In this document: one piece after another, positions 20,139 to 31,000 of the stretch
Layout of the letters: the number at the start of each line of letters is the position of its first letter
How positions within the stretch are numbered: the first letter of the stretch is position 1
IMG/VR virus record: IMGVR_UViG_3300046453_000093
Span: 26,875 to 90,874 of that record
Length of the DNA: 64,000 bases
Source of the DNA: a virus
Lineage: Duplodnaviria > Heunggongvirae > Uroviricota > Caudoviricetes
Direction: 5' to 3' (one strand)
Position numbers and translations under genes: made by a program
The notes under the pieces: model-generated
What the model was told of the DNA's origin: nothing
Databases searched by the model: none
Seen by the model: the letters and a program-made list of their open reading frames with translations, nothing else

Positions 20139-20156
20139 TGGGAGAGGTGATTAGGC

Positions 20157-20537
20157 ATGACTACTCCTTATTCTACGATAATTAAAAAGTTTGAAGATAA
20201 TCTTGCTGAATCTGATGTTAGTAAAATCGAATTATTTTCAAAAAGACAATTCTTAAGAAATGCCATCTCTACATACATTGGTACAATTGGCACTATTACA
20301 GCAGATAATTATGAACAAGTGGTAGTAGAAGACTTAAGTGAGATTGAATTACTGCTTTTAAGTCTTCTAATGTACGATTCATACTTTGAACAAGAGATTA
20401 TCAAGTACAATAAAGTGATAAATATATCCAATGAATTTATTAAGATTTCAGGTGCTTCTTTACGTGTTAAAACACTTAGAGATATGAAGGCTGAAAACCA
20501 AGCAAAAATAAATAACATTCTTTCAAGTTTGATTTAA
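20157..20537 (+). CDS. hypothetical protein (possible head-tail connector or tail completion component, by position only)
   Basis: RBS gggagaggtga. 126 aa. Confidence 0.35.
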   Translation: MTTPYSTIIKKFEDNLAESDVSKIELFSKRQFLRNAISTYIGTIGTITADNYEQVVVEDLSEIELLLLSLLMYDSYFEQEIIKYNKVINISNEFIKISGASLRVKTLRDMKAENQAKINNILSSLI

Positions 20538-20553
20538 AAGGTGGGCGAGAGTC

Positions 20554-20841
20554 ATGATTATTCATAGTGAAGGACGTACATACATCCTTAAAGTTAAAGA
20601 AGTATACATGAATGAAGATAAAAAATTCTGCGAAGAAATTATTGCATTGGATGAATGGGCTGAAATTGTTAGAAAAAAAGCGGTTTCCACCCTTTTTCAA
20701 ATGGAAGAAGTACTTTCAGATTTTATTGGTAAACCTGTAAGGCTTAGTGAGGATTATCCTGAAATTAAAAAACCAATATTAAATTTAAGTGGTTCAGTTA
20801 GCAGGTTGCCAATCAATATTGTCTTAGAGGAAATCAAGTAA
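20554..20841 (+). CDS. hypothetical protein
   Basis: RBS aaaggtggg. 95 aa. Confidence 0.35.
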   Translation: MIIHSEGRTYILKVKEVYMNEDKKFCEEIIALDEWAEIVRKKAVSTLFQMEEVLSDFIGKPVRLSEDYPEIKKPILNLSGSVSRLPINIVLEEIK

Positions 20842-20997
20842 AACATCGAATGATATTAGTATGACGACAAATAAAGGGTAGTTAGCAATAGTAGAAGTCA
20901 CATAATAAGTGAGAGTATTAAGCCACCCATTTTAGTCGTTTCAAAAAATAAACATCTGTTTGAAAGTGATTGATGTTTATATTGGAGGTGGGCAGAA

Positions 20998-21624
20998 ATG
21001 GACAATATGTTTGAAAATGAATTTACTGACGAATTAAAACAAGATTATTTAACATCAGCAGTTGATGGTTTTAACTTCTCAGTAGACAACTTTGGCATTG
21101 ATGTTTTAATAAATGGAATACCAAGCAAGGTTCTCTTGAAAAATAAGAAGAATGGTAATGATAAAGAGATTTCAGCCAAGATAAATGAAATTCACGTTGG
21201 TGATTTGATTGAAATGAATAGCCAAAAATGGCTAATTGTTGACTTGCCAGTTGAGAATGAGATTTATTCAAAAGCAACCTTGAGAAGATGCAATACATAT
21301 TTTCCTATAATTCAGAATAGAACAAGAGAATTAATTGGTTATGATGGTGACGAAAGACCAACTTACTCATATTCTTTTGAAACTTATAGTGAACCATGTA
21401 TTGCTTCAACTACATACCCAACAGGAAATGATAACGAGCAACTTCCACTACCTGAAGGAACTATTGACATTACAATTAAATATCAAATGGCTGACAATAT
21501 TGCAGTGAACGAGAATTTTCAGATATATAGTGAAAATTATGAAACTGTGAGCATTGACTATACGAAGGTTATTGATAGTGTAGGAGTAATGACCATTCGA
21601 GGGAGAAGAGAGGTGAGTGGTTAA
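20998..21624 (+). CDS. hypothetical protein (tail-proximal, possibly neck or tail-completion)
   Basis: RBS ttggaggtggg. 208 aa. Position upstream of the major tail protein. Confidence 0.4.
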   Translation: MDNMFENEFTDELKQDYLTSAVDGFNFSVDNFGIDVLINGIPSKVLLKNKKNGNDKEISAKINEIHVGDLIEMNSQKWLIVDLPVENEIYSKATLRRCNTYFPIIQNRTRELIGYDGDERPTYSYSFETYSEPCIASTTYPTGNDNEQLPLPEGTIDITIKYQMADNIAVNENFQIYSENYETVSIDYTKVIDSVGVMTIRGRREVSG

Positions 21625-22121
21625 TGGGAATGTATGAAAATTTGAGAGACATTGTAAAAGTTTTTCGATTTGATGAAACACTATTAAGACTACTTTTTTA
21701 TCCTGCTAAAGACTTGGCTAAGAATACGGATGACCCATTAGACCCCAATTTGCCTAACATGCTAAATAAAAATGAAGAAGTACTTTGGGAAATACGAGAC
21801 AAGAGAATATACACAACAAAAAAGGCTGACGATTTAGAAAATGACCCTATATGCAGAATTTATGTATATGCAGGTAAAAGGAAGCCAAGTATGGATTACA
21901 TAATAGCTTCACAGGAAGTTGTCGTAGACATTTTTTGTCATAATAGTTATGAAAAAGATATGCGCTCTCTTAGAATTAGTGACTGTGTAAATGATTTATT
22001 AATCTCTGAAAGAATAACAGGTTTCGGAAAAGTTGAATATGTTCAAGGATTTCCATTTGACGCTCCTAATGACTATGTTGCATTTCGTCACATCTATAAG
22101 TTTGGAAGTACAAAATTATGA
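21624..22121 (+). CDS. hypothetical protein
   Basis: Start overlaps upstream stop (ATGA-type coupling). 165 aa. Confidence 0.4.
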   Translation: MGMYENLRDIVKVFRFDETLLRLLFYPAKDLAKNTDDPLDPNLPNMLNKNEEVLWEIRDKRIYTTKKADDLENDPICRIYVYAGKRKPSMDYIIASQEVVVDIFCHNSYEKDMRSLRISDCVNDLLISERITGFGKVEYVQGFPFDAPNDYVAFRHIYKFGSTKL

Positions 22122-22840
22122 TGGACATTAAAGAGTTTTATATATTAGGACTACCAATCAACACTGAAATTGGTGAATGTAATTTTCTTAAGGTAAAAGA
22201 ATATCCTGACTATGTTGTGGATTTACAAACTATCTCACTAACTAAGTCTCACATAATTAATAAATATAATGAAATAAATAATTTGAAAAGAGACTTGGAG
22301 TTTGAAAAACTGATAAAAGAGATGGAAAAAGTAAGCCTATATACAATGGCAACATGGATTCCTGAATTAAAAGATTCATATATTAATATTTTTTCTAAAG
22401 CATTTAGAGATGAAGAAGTTCTTTTAGAAATTAATGAGAAGAACTTTGATTATTATCGAAAGCTAATTATGGAAATGAATTGGATGAAAGAGGAAAAAAT
22501 TAATCCCAATCCTGAGATTCAAAGGGCTATCGAGCGCAGTAAGAGGGTTAAATCATTAGATGGGGATAGGTTGGAATTCGCAGATATTGTATCGAGTGTA
22601 GTTGGCTACAACGGTCTAAGTTACAAAGATATTAACGAATTCACAATCTATCAATTATACATGACATTCTATCGAATTGCTCAGATAAAAAATTATGATA
22701 CCTCAACGCTATTTGCAACCGTATCAACAGACAAGGTTAAAATTGAAGGTTGGAGTAAACATATTAATTTTTATCAAGAAGACAATCACGCAATAACAAA
22801 AGAAGAATTAGACGAAAAATCTAATAGTTTATTTGGTTGA
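22118..22840 (+). CDS. hypothetical protein
   Basis: Overlapping-start coupling. 240 aa. Followed by terminator. Confidence 0.4.
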   Translation: MMDIKEFYILGLPINTEIGECNFLKVKEYPDYVVDLQTISLTKSHIINKYNEINNLKRDLEFEKLIKEMEKVSLYTMATWIPELKDSYINIFSKAFRDEEVLLEINEKNFDYYRKLIMEMNWMKEEKINPNPEIQRAIERSKRVKSLDGDRLEFADIVSSVVGYNGLSYKDINEFTIYQLYMTFYRIAQIKNYDTSTLFATVSTDKVKIEGWSKHINFYQEDNHAITKEELDEKSNSLFG

Positions 22841-22842
22841 AA

Positions 22843-22878
22843 TAAGTAGTCGTTTATCGACTACTTATTTTTATATTT
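22843..22878 (+). terminator. rho-independent terminator
   Basis: taagtagtcg-tttat-cgactactta hairpin plus T-run. Confidence 0.65.
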
Positions 22879-22912
22879 ATTTAAATTTACAAGAATAGGG
22901 AGGAATTTATTA

Positions 22913-23641
22913 ATGAAAACACTTATCGCAGATACAGCGGACGTTGTAATGAGAAGAAAATCAGATGGTAAAACTATTTTTACCGCTGAAGCACAAATCG
23001 CAGGAATCTCACAGGAAATTTCTGAGAATGAAGTACGTGGAGGTATTGGTAACAAGAAAATTAGTGTTATCCGTAGTGATAAAAATATCAATTTAACTAC
23101 TAAAATGGCATTATTTGACCTTGAATACCTTAGTATGACTCAAGGTGTTGCAGTTGAAAGTGGTACTGCTACTGTAACTAAGAAAGAAGAACTTTCAGTT
23201 GTTGGTTCAGGCACTTTAACTGTTACAGTAACAGGTACTCCTGCAAACAACAAAGTAACTCTTATCAACTCTAAAGGTGTGTCACAAGAGTTCACAGCAG
23301 TTGCTAAAGCTTGTACAGTTACAGCCCCATTTGCTACAGCAGGTGAAAAAGTAACTGCACTTTATAAAGACACTGTAACAGGTAATATTGTTAAATTGCA
23401 ATCAGATACATTCTCTGAAAACTATGAAGTTGAATACCGTACAATTGCGTACAATCCAGTAACCAACCAAGTAGTTGCAGATATCTATTTCCAATTTGAT
23501 AACTGCTTACCTTCAGGTGCGTTTGAGATTTCCCTTGAAAACGGAAATGCCTTAGCCCCTGAATTGAAGTTCCAAGCTTTAACTGCACCAAATTCTTCTG
23601 ATATTGGTCGTATTGTTGAAGTTCCAAGGGATGTAGCTTAA
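22913..23641 (+). CDS. putative major tail (tube) protein
   Basis: Consensus RBS agggagg. Flanked by terminators (high-expression unit). Position immediately upstream of chaperone pair and tape measure gene. 242 aa with T/V-rich Ig-like C-terminal region. Confidence 0.55.
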   Translation: MKTLIADTADVVMRRKSDGKTIFTAEAQIAGISQEISENEVRGGIGNKKISVIRSDKNINLTTKMALFDLEYLSMTQGVAVESGTATVTKKEELSVVGSGTLTVTVTGTPANNKVTLINSKGVSQEFTAVAKACTVTAPFATAGEKVTALYKDTVTGNIVKLQSDTFSENYEVEYRTIAYNPVTNQVVADIYFQFDNCLPSGAFEISLENGNALAPELKFQALTAPNSSDIGRIVEVPRDVA

Positions 23642-23664
23642 TTTTATTTTCACATCACGATTAG

Positions 23665-23696
23665 AGCAGGGATTATTCCCTGCTTTTTTATTTTTA
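23665..23696 (+). terminator. rho-independent terminator
   Basis: agcagggattattccctgct hairpin followed by tttttatttttat. Confidence 0.7.
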
Positions 23697-23722
23697 TATG
23701 GATAAAAGGGGAGGAATAAAAA

Positions 23723-24283
23723 ATGGCTAAAAAAGCACCAAAAAAGGCAAACTTATCTATTGCAAAGGTAAAAAAAGCTTCTAAGTTAATTGATGAAACA
23801 ATTCCGCACATTATCGAAGAAGGAGTTTATAAAGGTGAACAAATAACATTTCAACCGCAATTTGACGATTTAAAAATTGAAGAATTATTAGTTAATTTTG
23901 GAAATATAATGACTGAAGCTGATGAAAATGGCATTGAGATTTCTCAGCAAGTTGAAAACTATTTGGTTCAAATGTTAATTGTGAAATACTTTACTCATTT
24001 CAGGAAAGACATTCCGAGTGTATTACTTGGCAATGATAATTCTATTGGCATGTTAGATGCTTTAGAACATTTCCGAAAAACAGGATTGCTACTTGAATGT
24101 ATGAACAATATGTTTTCACCTGAAGAAGTACGATTGGTTTATGATAGATTGACTGATTTTTCTGCTAGAGGGTTATTAGCATTGGACTTAAACGATGAAA
24201 CAAGTAGAAAATTCTCACAACTAAAATTGAAGAATCAAGATATATATGACCAACTTGGCAAAATGAAAACAGATATTGATTGA
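23723..24283 (+). CDS. putative tail assembly chaperone (by position)
   Basis: Acidic 186-aa protein between the major tail protein and the TMP. RBS aaaggggagg. Confidence 0.4.
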   Translation: MAKKAPKKANLSIAKVKKASKLIDETIPHIIEEGVYKGEQITFQPQFDDLKIEELLVNFGNIMTEADENGIEISQQVENYLVQMLIVKYFTHFRKDIPSVLLGNDNSIGMLDALEHFRKTGLLLECMNNMFSPEEVRLVYDRLTDFSARGLLALDLNDETSRKFSQLKLKNQDIYDQLGKMKTDID

Positions 24284-24311
24284 TTTCATTGTATGAAATG
24301 GGTTGATTTAA

Positions 24312-24812
24312 TTGATTTTTAATAATTTAAAAGAATTTGAAGCATATATTAATAAATTGTTGGCTGAAACAATGAATGACGAAGTGGCAAAAAAGGTAAA
24401 AGAAGTAGAACAACGTAATGTAGAAGACGAAGTTTATCAAGGTTACGTCACCAATAACACTGGTGGTCAACCTTGGCGATATAAGAGAAGAAGAACAAAA
24501 GAAGGACTCCAAGATACAAGCAATATGGTACACAATGTAGACGTAATGAGAAATAGCGTCCAATTAACGGTTGAAAATATAACTACTGGTAGTAATGACG
24601 ATTTTCGTTTAGACACTCTGATTGAATATGGAGATGGATATGACGGAAAAGAGTATCAATACAAGGACAACAGAGATGATACAGCAGACCAATATTTAAA
24701 GCCTAGACCTTTTACCCAAGGTACGATAGATGAATTAAAAATGAATAAAGAACATGTTACTGCACTCAAGAATGGTTTGAAGGCAAGAGGGGTAGATGTT
24801 GTCAGGAAGTGA
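24312..24812 (+). CDS. hypothetical protein, possible second tail assembly chaperone (TTG start)
   Basis: Position. Separate ORF in the +1 frame relative to the upstream gene with no overlap, so no canonical -1 slippery fusion is visible. Confidence 0.3.
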   Translation: MIFNNLKEFEAYINKLLAETMNDEVAKKVKEVEQRNVEDEVYQGYVTNNTGGQPWRYKRRRTKEGLQDTSNMVHNVDVMRNSVQLTVENITTGSNDDFRLDTLIEYGDGYDGKEYQYKDNRDDTADQYLKPRPFTQGTIDELKMNKEHVTALKNGLKARGVDVVRK

Positions 24813-25010
24813 GTTATTTGAGTAAAAAGGATAAGAATATATTTCAGGACAACAGTAGTTTCATTTGAATTGGCATTCTAATATATTGGATTGCCACTTG
24901 AAATGAAAAAAACGATAAGTATAAAGGAAGAGTTTATTTTAATATTTTTAAGACAGGGAGTACCATAAATATGGCACTTCTTTTTTATTTTTAAGAAGGG
25001 GTGTGATTAA

Positions 25011-28000
25011 ATGGATAATTTACAAATATTATTAACAGGTTCACTTAACACCAAAAGTTCAGTTCCTGAGATAAATAAAGCTATTAGCATTATTGAACAG
25101 TCTAAAGATTTACAGAAAATAAAGTTAAAAGTTGATATAGACCCAACTGCTCTTGATGCCATTAAGAAAATTGCAGAATCAGTAAAAAATATACCTAAAC
25201 CAAAGATTGACATGAAGGAAGCAACAAAGTCCGCTGAAATACAAATGAAGCAGTTTAAAGAGCAAAATGTTAAATATTGGGCTGAAATTGGTGAAGGTGT
25301 AGATGGTGTAAAAAAGAAATTGGGTCATAAATATGGTGACAGTAATCTTTTAAATGTTACCCAAATAAAAGGTGAAAGCGAACAGCTAAAGTCATTTTCT
25401 GTGAACGTTGAAACTGCAACTGGAAAAATGCGACAATTCAACTATGAAAAAGCAAAAGTTCAAATGGCTAATGGTAGCGAAGAAACAAGATGGGTTGCCA
25501 CTTTAATTAGAGATTTAGATATTACTGGCAAAGAATATAAAGAAGTACTAAAACTTCAGGCAAGACTAGAATCACAACTAAAATCTAGTTTGACAAAGGG
25601 AAGTATTGATAAAAAGACACATGATAGCCTGTTAGACAATGTAAAACAAGCCAAGTCAAAACAAGAATTAGAAACTTTCCAAAATACAAATAAGGTATTG
25701 TTGGCAGAATATCAGACTGAGGAAAAAATTACAAAAGAGATTGAAAAACAAGTTCAATTATTACAAACAAAAATGAGAAACATTAATGCTGAAGGCTCTA
25801 TTCCTAAAGACAGAAGAAGTTCAATGGGTAGTGACCTCAAGAATATAAAAACGATGGAAGACCTTACTAATTTTACAAAGAAGTATGAAAATGAATTAAT
25901 AACACTTACAGCAACTGAGAAAAAGTATGCACAAGGAAAAGAAAAACTATCAAACTTAATTCTAAAATTAGGTCAAGATGGACAGATAAGCGAAGGAAGA
26001 TTGAAAAGGTTAAATAGTGCATTAAATAGTTCTGAGAATTTAGCACAAATAACTAAGTTAGAACAGGCAATTGCAAGAACAATAGCTAATAAGAAAAAAA
26101 TGGATGATATCAATTCATTTCAAAGGAAATCGAAATCAAACACTGATAGCCTAATAACAACAGCGGGTAGCCATGTAGATATATCTGCACTTAAAGCATA
26201 TCAAGATAGGGTAAACTCATTGTCTTTGCGAACTAAGGATTATCAAAATGTTCTGAAACAGCTTGGTATTGAGTATTCAGATTTAGAGAAAAAAGCCAAG
26301 AGTGCGCAAATGTCTGAAAAAATGATGTTAGATGAAGCAAAAGATAGATTGAAAACACAGTTGGAAACATTGAGAATAAAAGGGAAAATAGATGACACTC
26401 AACACAAGGCACTCACTGGAAAAGTTGATAGTGCTACAACAAGTATGCAATTAAAAACATTTGAAAATGAGAATAAGATATTGCTCGCTCAATATGATGT
26501 CAATCAAAAGAACACGAAGGAATTGCAGAAGCAAATAGACTTACAACAAACAAAAATGAGAAATATCAATGCACAAGGTTCTGTCCCTGAAAAACGTAGA
26601 ACAGAAATGGGCAATGACCTAAAAAGCATTAAGTCAATGCAAGATTTAACTAACTTTACACAAAAATACAGCAAAGAGTTAGCAACTGCAACTGTATCAG
26701 AGAAAAAATTCTCAACTGGTCAAGATGCCATGAGAAATCGTATAAAACAGTTGGGGGAAGATGGGTTAATAACTGAAAAAAGACTCAAATCCTTAAACAA
26801 TGCTGTCAATACTACAAAGAATGTAGAAGAAGTTAAAAAACTAGAAGGAATAATCGACAAGCTTGAAGCAAAAGTAAAAAAGAAACAAAAAATTGAACTT
26901 TTTCAAGCAGGTTCTAAAGTTGATATTCAAAACTTACAAAGGACATATGGGGCATATATTGATGCAAGTAAATTAAGAGATTATGATAATGCAGTAAAAG
27001 CATTGACTCCTGATACCAAAAATCTGAATCATGAAATGGCTCTCTTAATTAAAAAGTTTGCTGAACTTTCAGCTAATGCAAAAGACGCAAAGAAACTAAA
27101 AATGCCAAATCTAAATGGCTTAACACCTGAACAGCAAATGAAATCTAATTTAACAAGCCAACTGCAAAAAATGAGAGAAGCAAGTACCTTAACAGAGAAA
27201 TCGTTTATAAGATTAAATAATTCTATAAATAGTTCCCATAATATTGCAGAACTTATGAAGCTAGATGGAATCCTAAAACGTCAAGCAACTAGAAAAGAAA
27301 ACAAATTTGATGTTGGTCTATTCAAAAGACAAATGGAAACAAAGATACAAAATATGACTACCACATATGGCGATAAACATATTGACCAATCTGCACTCCA
27401 AAAATTTGAACAAAGTCTGACAAGATTAGACCCAAAATCGAGGACTCTTAAAAATGACCTTAAATTGTTAAGACAAGAAATGGCAGAATTGGAGTCGAAT
27501 ACTAGAAGAGCAAGTGGGGCTACAGAACAAGCTAACATGAGCATGGGAAAAATGTTAGCAACCGCACTTAAGAAATTCCCAGTGTGGATGTTGAGTGCCA
27601 CATTGTTCTACGCACCAATTCGTGCGTTAAGGTCTATGACTGATAGATTGATTGAAATTGATACTGCTATGACACAGATTAGACGTGTTATGGATATGCC
27701 TGATTTCAAATTCACAGAGTTGTTAGAGAGCGCAGTTAATATGAGTGATGAACTAGCAACCAAGTTAAAAGACGTACTATCCATTATGGGTGATTTTGGT
27801 CGTATGGGCTTTAATGAAAATCAACTAGTAGACATTACTAAAACTGCTCAAGTCACTCAGAACGTATCTGATTTGAACTCAACAGAAGCAGTTGACACCT
27901 TGACATCAGCAATGCTTAATTTCAACGTGTCCGCTGAGGACAGCATGACCATAATCGACAAATTGAACGAAGTGGATAACAACTATGCAATTAGTACGAA

Positions 28001-31000
28001 AGACCTAGCAGATGGAATTCGAAAAGCGGGTGCAAGTGCGAAAACTTTTGGTGTTGACCTTGACGAGTTAGTGGGATATGTTTCAGCCATCGGAAGTACC
28101 ACAAGGGAAAGTGGGGCAATCGTAGGAAATGGGTTAAAAACTATTTTCTCAAGGATTACCACTATGGATAGTGCAGAAACCGCATTGAATAACGTTGGTG
28201 TTTCAATTAAAGATATGGCAGGAAGTGTTAGACCTGTTAGTGATATTATATCAGACCTTGCAGGTAGATGGACAAGTTTAACTGACGAACAGCGTCAGAA
28301 TTTAGGGGTTACATTAGCGGGAAGACATCAGCTAACAAGATTTTTGGCGCTCATGAATAATTTCGATATTGCTATTTCTTCAACGAACACCTCTTTAAAT
28401 TCACAGGGTTCAGCTATGAAAGAGCAAGAAAAATTTGCTGACAGCTTAGAAGGACGATTAAATCGTCTAGATACCGCATGGAATAAGCTAACTTTAGCAA
28501 TGGGCGAAGCAGTTATTTCTGATGGGTTAGTTGCGGGGATAGAAGTGTTGGATGCTCTTGCTAAAAGTGTGGGTGCATTTGTAAAAACATTTGGATTCTT
28601 ACCTACTACTTTAGCTATAGTGGGTGTCGCCTTGACACTGTTTAACACTAAGATAAAAACGCTTGTGGTTAGTATGTTTTTTGGTTCTAAAGGCATGGAT
28701 ATGATGAAGCTACACGCTCTAGGAATAACAGAAGGAATGACAAGAGCAGAATACGCTACGTTGAGTCTGAAAACAGGACTTATGGCTCTTGGTGCGGTAA
28801 CAGCCGCAGGAGTAGGATTTTTTATTCTTGGTGCTATAATAGAACACTTTATTAAAAAGTCCGCTGAAGCGCAAAGACAAGCTGAAGAGATAAAGGCAAT
28901 GGAAGATGCTGAGGTCGAAGCTTTAACTAAGAATAGGGAACAAGTTGAAAAACTAATTGAACAATATAATGGTTTAACCGAAGCAAGAGGTAAATATGGA
29001 GAGAACAACACCTTAAAGCAGGAAGAAAAATATTTTGCACTACAACAAAAACTAGGCGAATTATATCCTGCCTTAATAGACCACATTGATGGTGCGGGAA
29101 GAACACATCTAAAAACAAAAGACGCAATTGAGAAAGAAAAGCAGGAAACATATGCTTTAATAGATGCCAAGAAGCTTCAAATGCAAATTGATGGAAAAGC
29201 AAAAATTGCAGAAGCAGAAACAAAAAGAAATGACTTACAGAAAAAAATTGATGATACAAAAAATGAGATAGCCAATCCTGTTAAAGTTGTTGGTTTTGGA
29301 GAAAATCAAAAAGTTGTTCAAAAAAGCCAAGAAGAACTTGATTTATTGGGAAAACAATTAAAGCTATATGAAGGTCAATGGTCAACTGCTTCACAAGCTG
29401 TCACAAACGAAACACTTAAAATAGCAGACGCTTATACAAATGTGGAAATTGACCCAAGCATACAGCAAGGTGTTGACGACTTCTTTAATTCAATTGATAC
29501 ATCTAAGATGAATTCAGGGGAATTAGAATCTTTTTCTCAACAAATTGGTGAAGCTACCAACGCACTTCAAGAAGCATATAAAAACAATGACCCTACAGCA
29601 TTCGACCAAGCTTCAGATGCTATTCGAAATATTGGTAAAAGTATGGGGCTAACAACGAGAGATATGCTTGGATTCGATTTGTCTTTTGAAGGGCTGAAAA
29701 AACAAGCAGAGATGGGTGCAAAAGCTGTTTATGCGGGTAGAGATGGCTTTGATGGTCTTGATGAAAGCGTAAGCGAAGCAGACGGAACTATGGATGAATA
29801 TTCAGGAACAATTGGTGGTGTTGCTGAGACAACCAATGGTTTAGCAGGTGGTACAAGCGCACTAGGTGGGGCAATGGGCGATTTGTTAGGTACAACTGGT
29901 GGCGTAGCTAGTGCCATGTCTGACAATGCCAATGCATCATCTATATTGTTAGGTGTTACTGAAGACCAAATTAAAGTATTGCAAAACGCTCTTGCGGTAT
30001 TCCAAGCCTTTAGTGGGCAACAAAACTTGTCTGAGCAACAAAGTATGATGTTGGCAAATGCAACTGCAACTTTATCAGCACAATTTCCACAATTTACTGG
30101 AAATTTAGCTGAGAATACTAATTTCATGTCAAAACAAATAGGCATGATGGACGCTCTAAGTGGAGTGTCAGCGGACAATACTGCTGTAATGGTTGGAAAT
30201 GAGAACAGTAAGACTAGGGCAGTAATTGAACAAACAAATCAACGTATTAATGGTTATAAAAAAGAAGCACAGGCTCTAAGTGCTTTAATGGACAGAATTG
30301 CGGCTTCTTATGATGAAGAAGGGATGTCAGGTGCAAAAACGAACGCATACCATAACGCTCAGAATAGACTTGGCGAAATAGCTGTTGAATATGCTACTGC
30401 ACAAGCAAGCTTGGTCAAACTCTATCATAGTAGTGGTGTAAAAGCGGGTGTAATCAGTACACCTAAAGATAATAAGAAAACAGGTTCAGGCAATAGTGAT
30501 TCAAAAGACGACAAAATTGAAAAAACAATTGATAAATACGAAGATAAATTACACGAACTTGACCAATCAATAAAAGCTTCTGAATCCGTTCAAAGTCGTT
30601 ACACTGAAGGTTCGACTAAATGGATAGCAGAACAAAAGAAACAAATTAAATTGCTTGGTCAAAAGAAGGCTCAAACTGAATTAGAAGAAAAAGCCTTGAG
30701 GAAACTACTTAAAACTGGCAAATTAGATAAAGACCAAAAAAAGGAAGTAAACTCTCGCCTAAAAGAATTAAGTACTACACAAACCGAATACACCACTCAA
30801 ATAAGAGAGATGGGCTTAGAGCTTGCTGATGCAAAAATTAATTATACAATTGACAAATATGAATCGTCTATAAGTAGCCTTGATGATTCTCTAGCTCAAT
30901 CTGAAGCTAAATTAAAAGGATATACCGAAGGGTCAAAAGAGTGGTCTAGTGAGATAAGTAATCAGATTGGTTTGATAAACAAAAAGAAAACAGCAAATCA

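Noticed and set aside
24200-24330. Canonical -1 programmed frameshift joining the two chaperone ORFs
   Set aside because: The second ORF is in the +1 frame relative to the first, separated by a stop and 28 nt with no overlap. No XXXYYYZ heptamer at the junction was seen, so a standard G/GT fusion cannot be asserted from sequence.
28328-29170. 280-aa minus-strand ORF (and other antisense ORFs at 27281-27601, 28927-29259, 29729-30178) inside the tape measure gene
   Set aside because: Fully embedded antisense to an 8 kb ORF with a clear TMP core. Low-complexity translation. No RBS or start context. Typical shadow ORFs of an AT-rich, stop-poor antisense frame.
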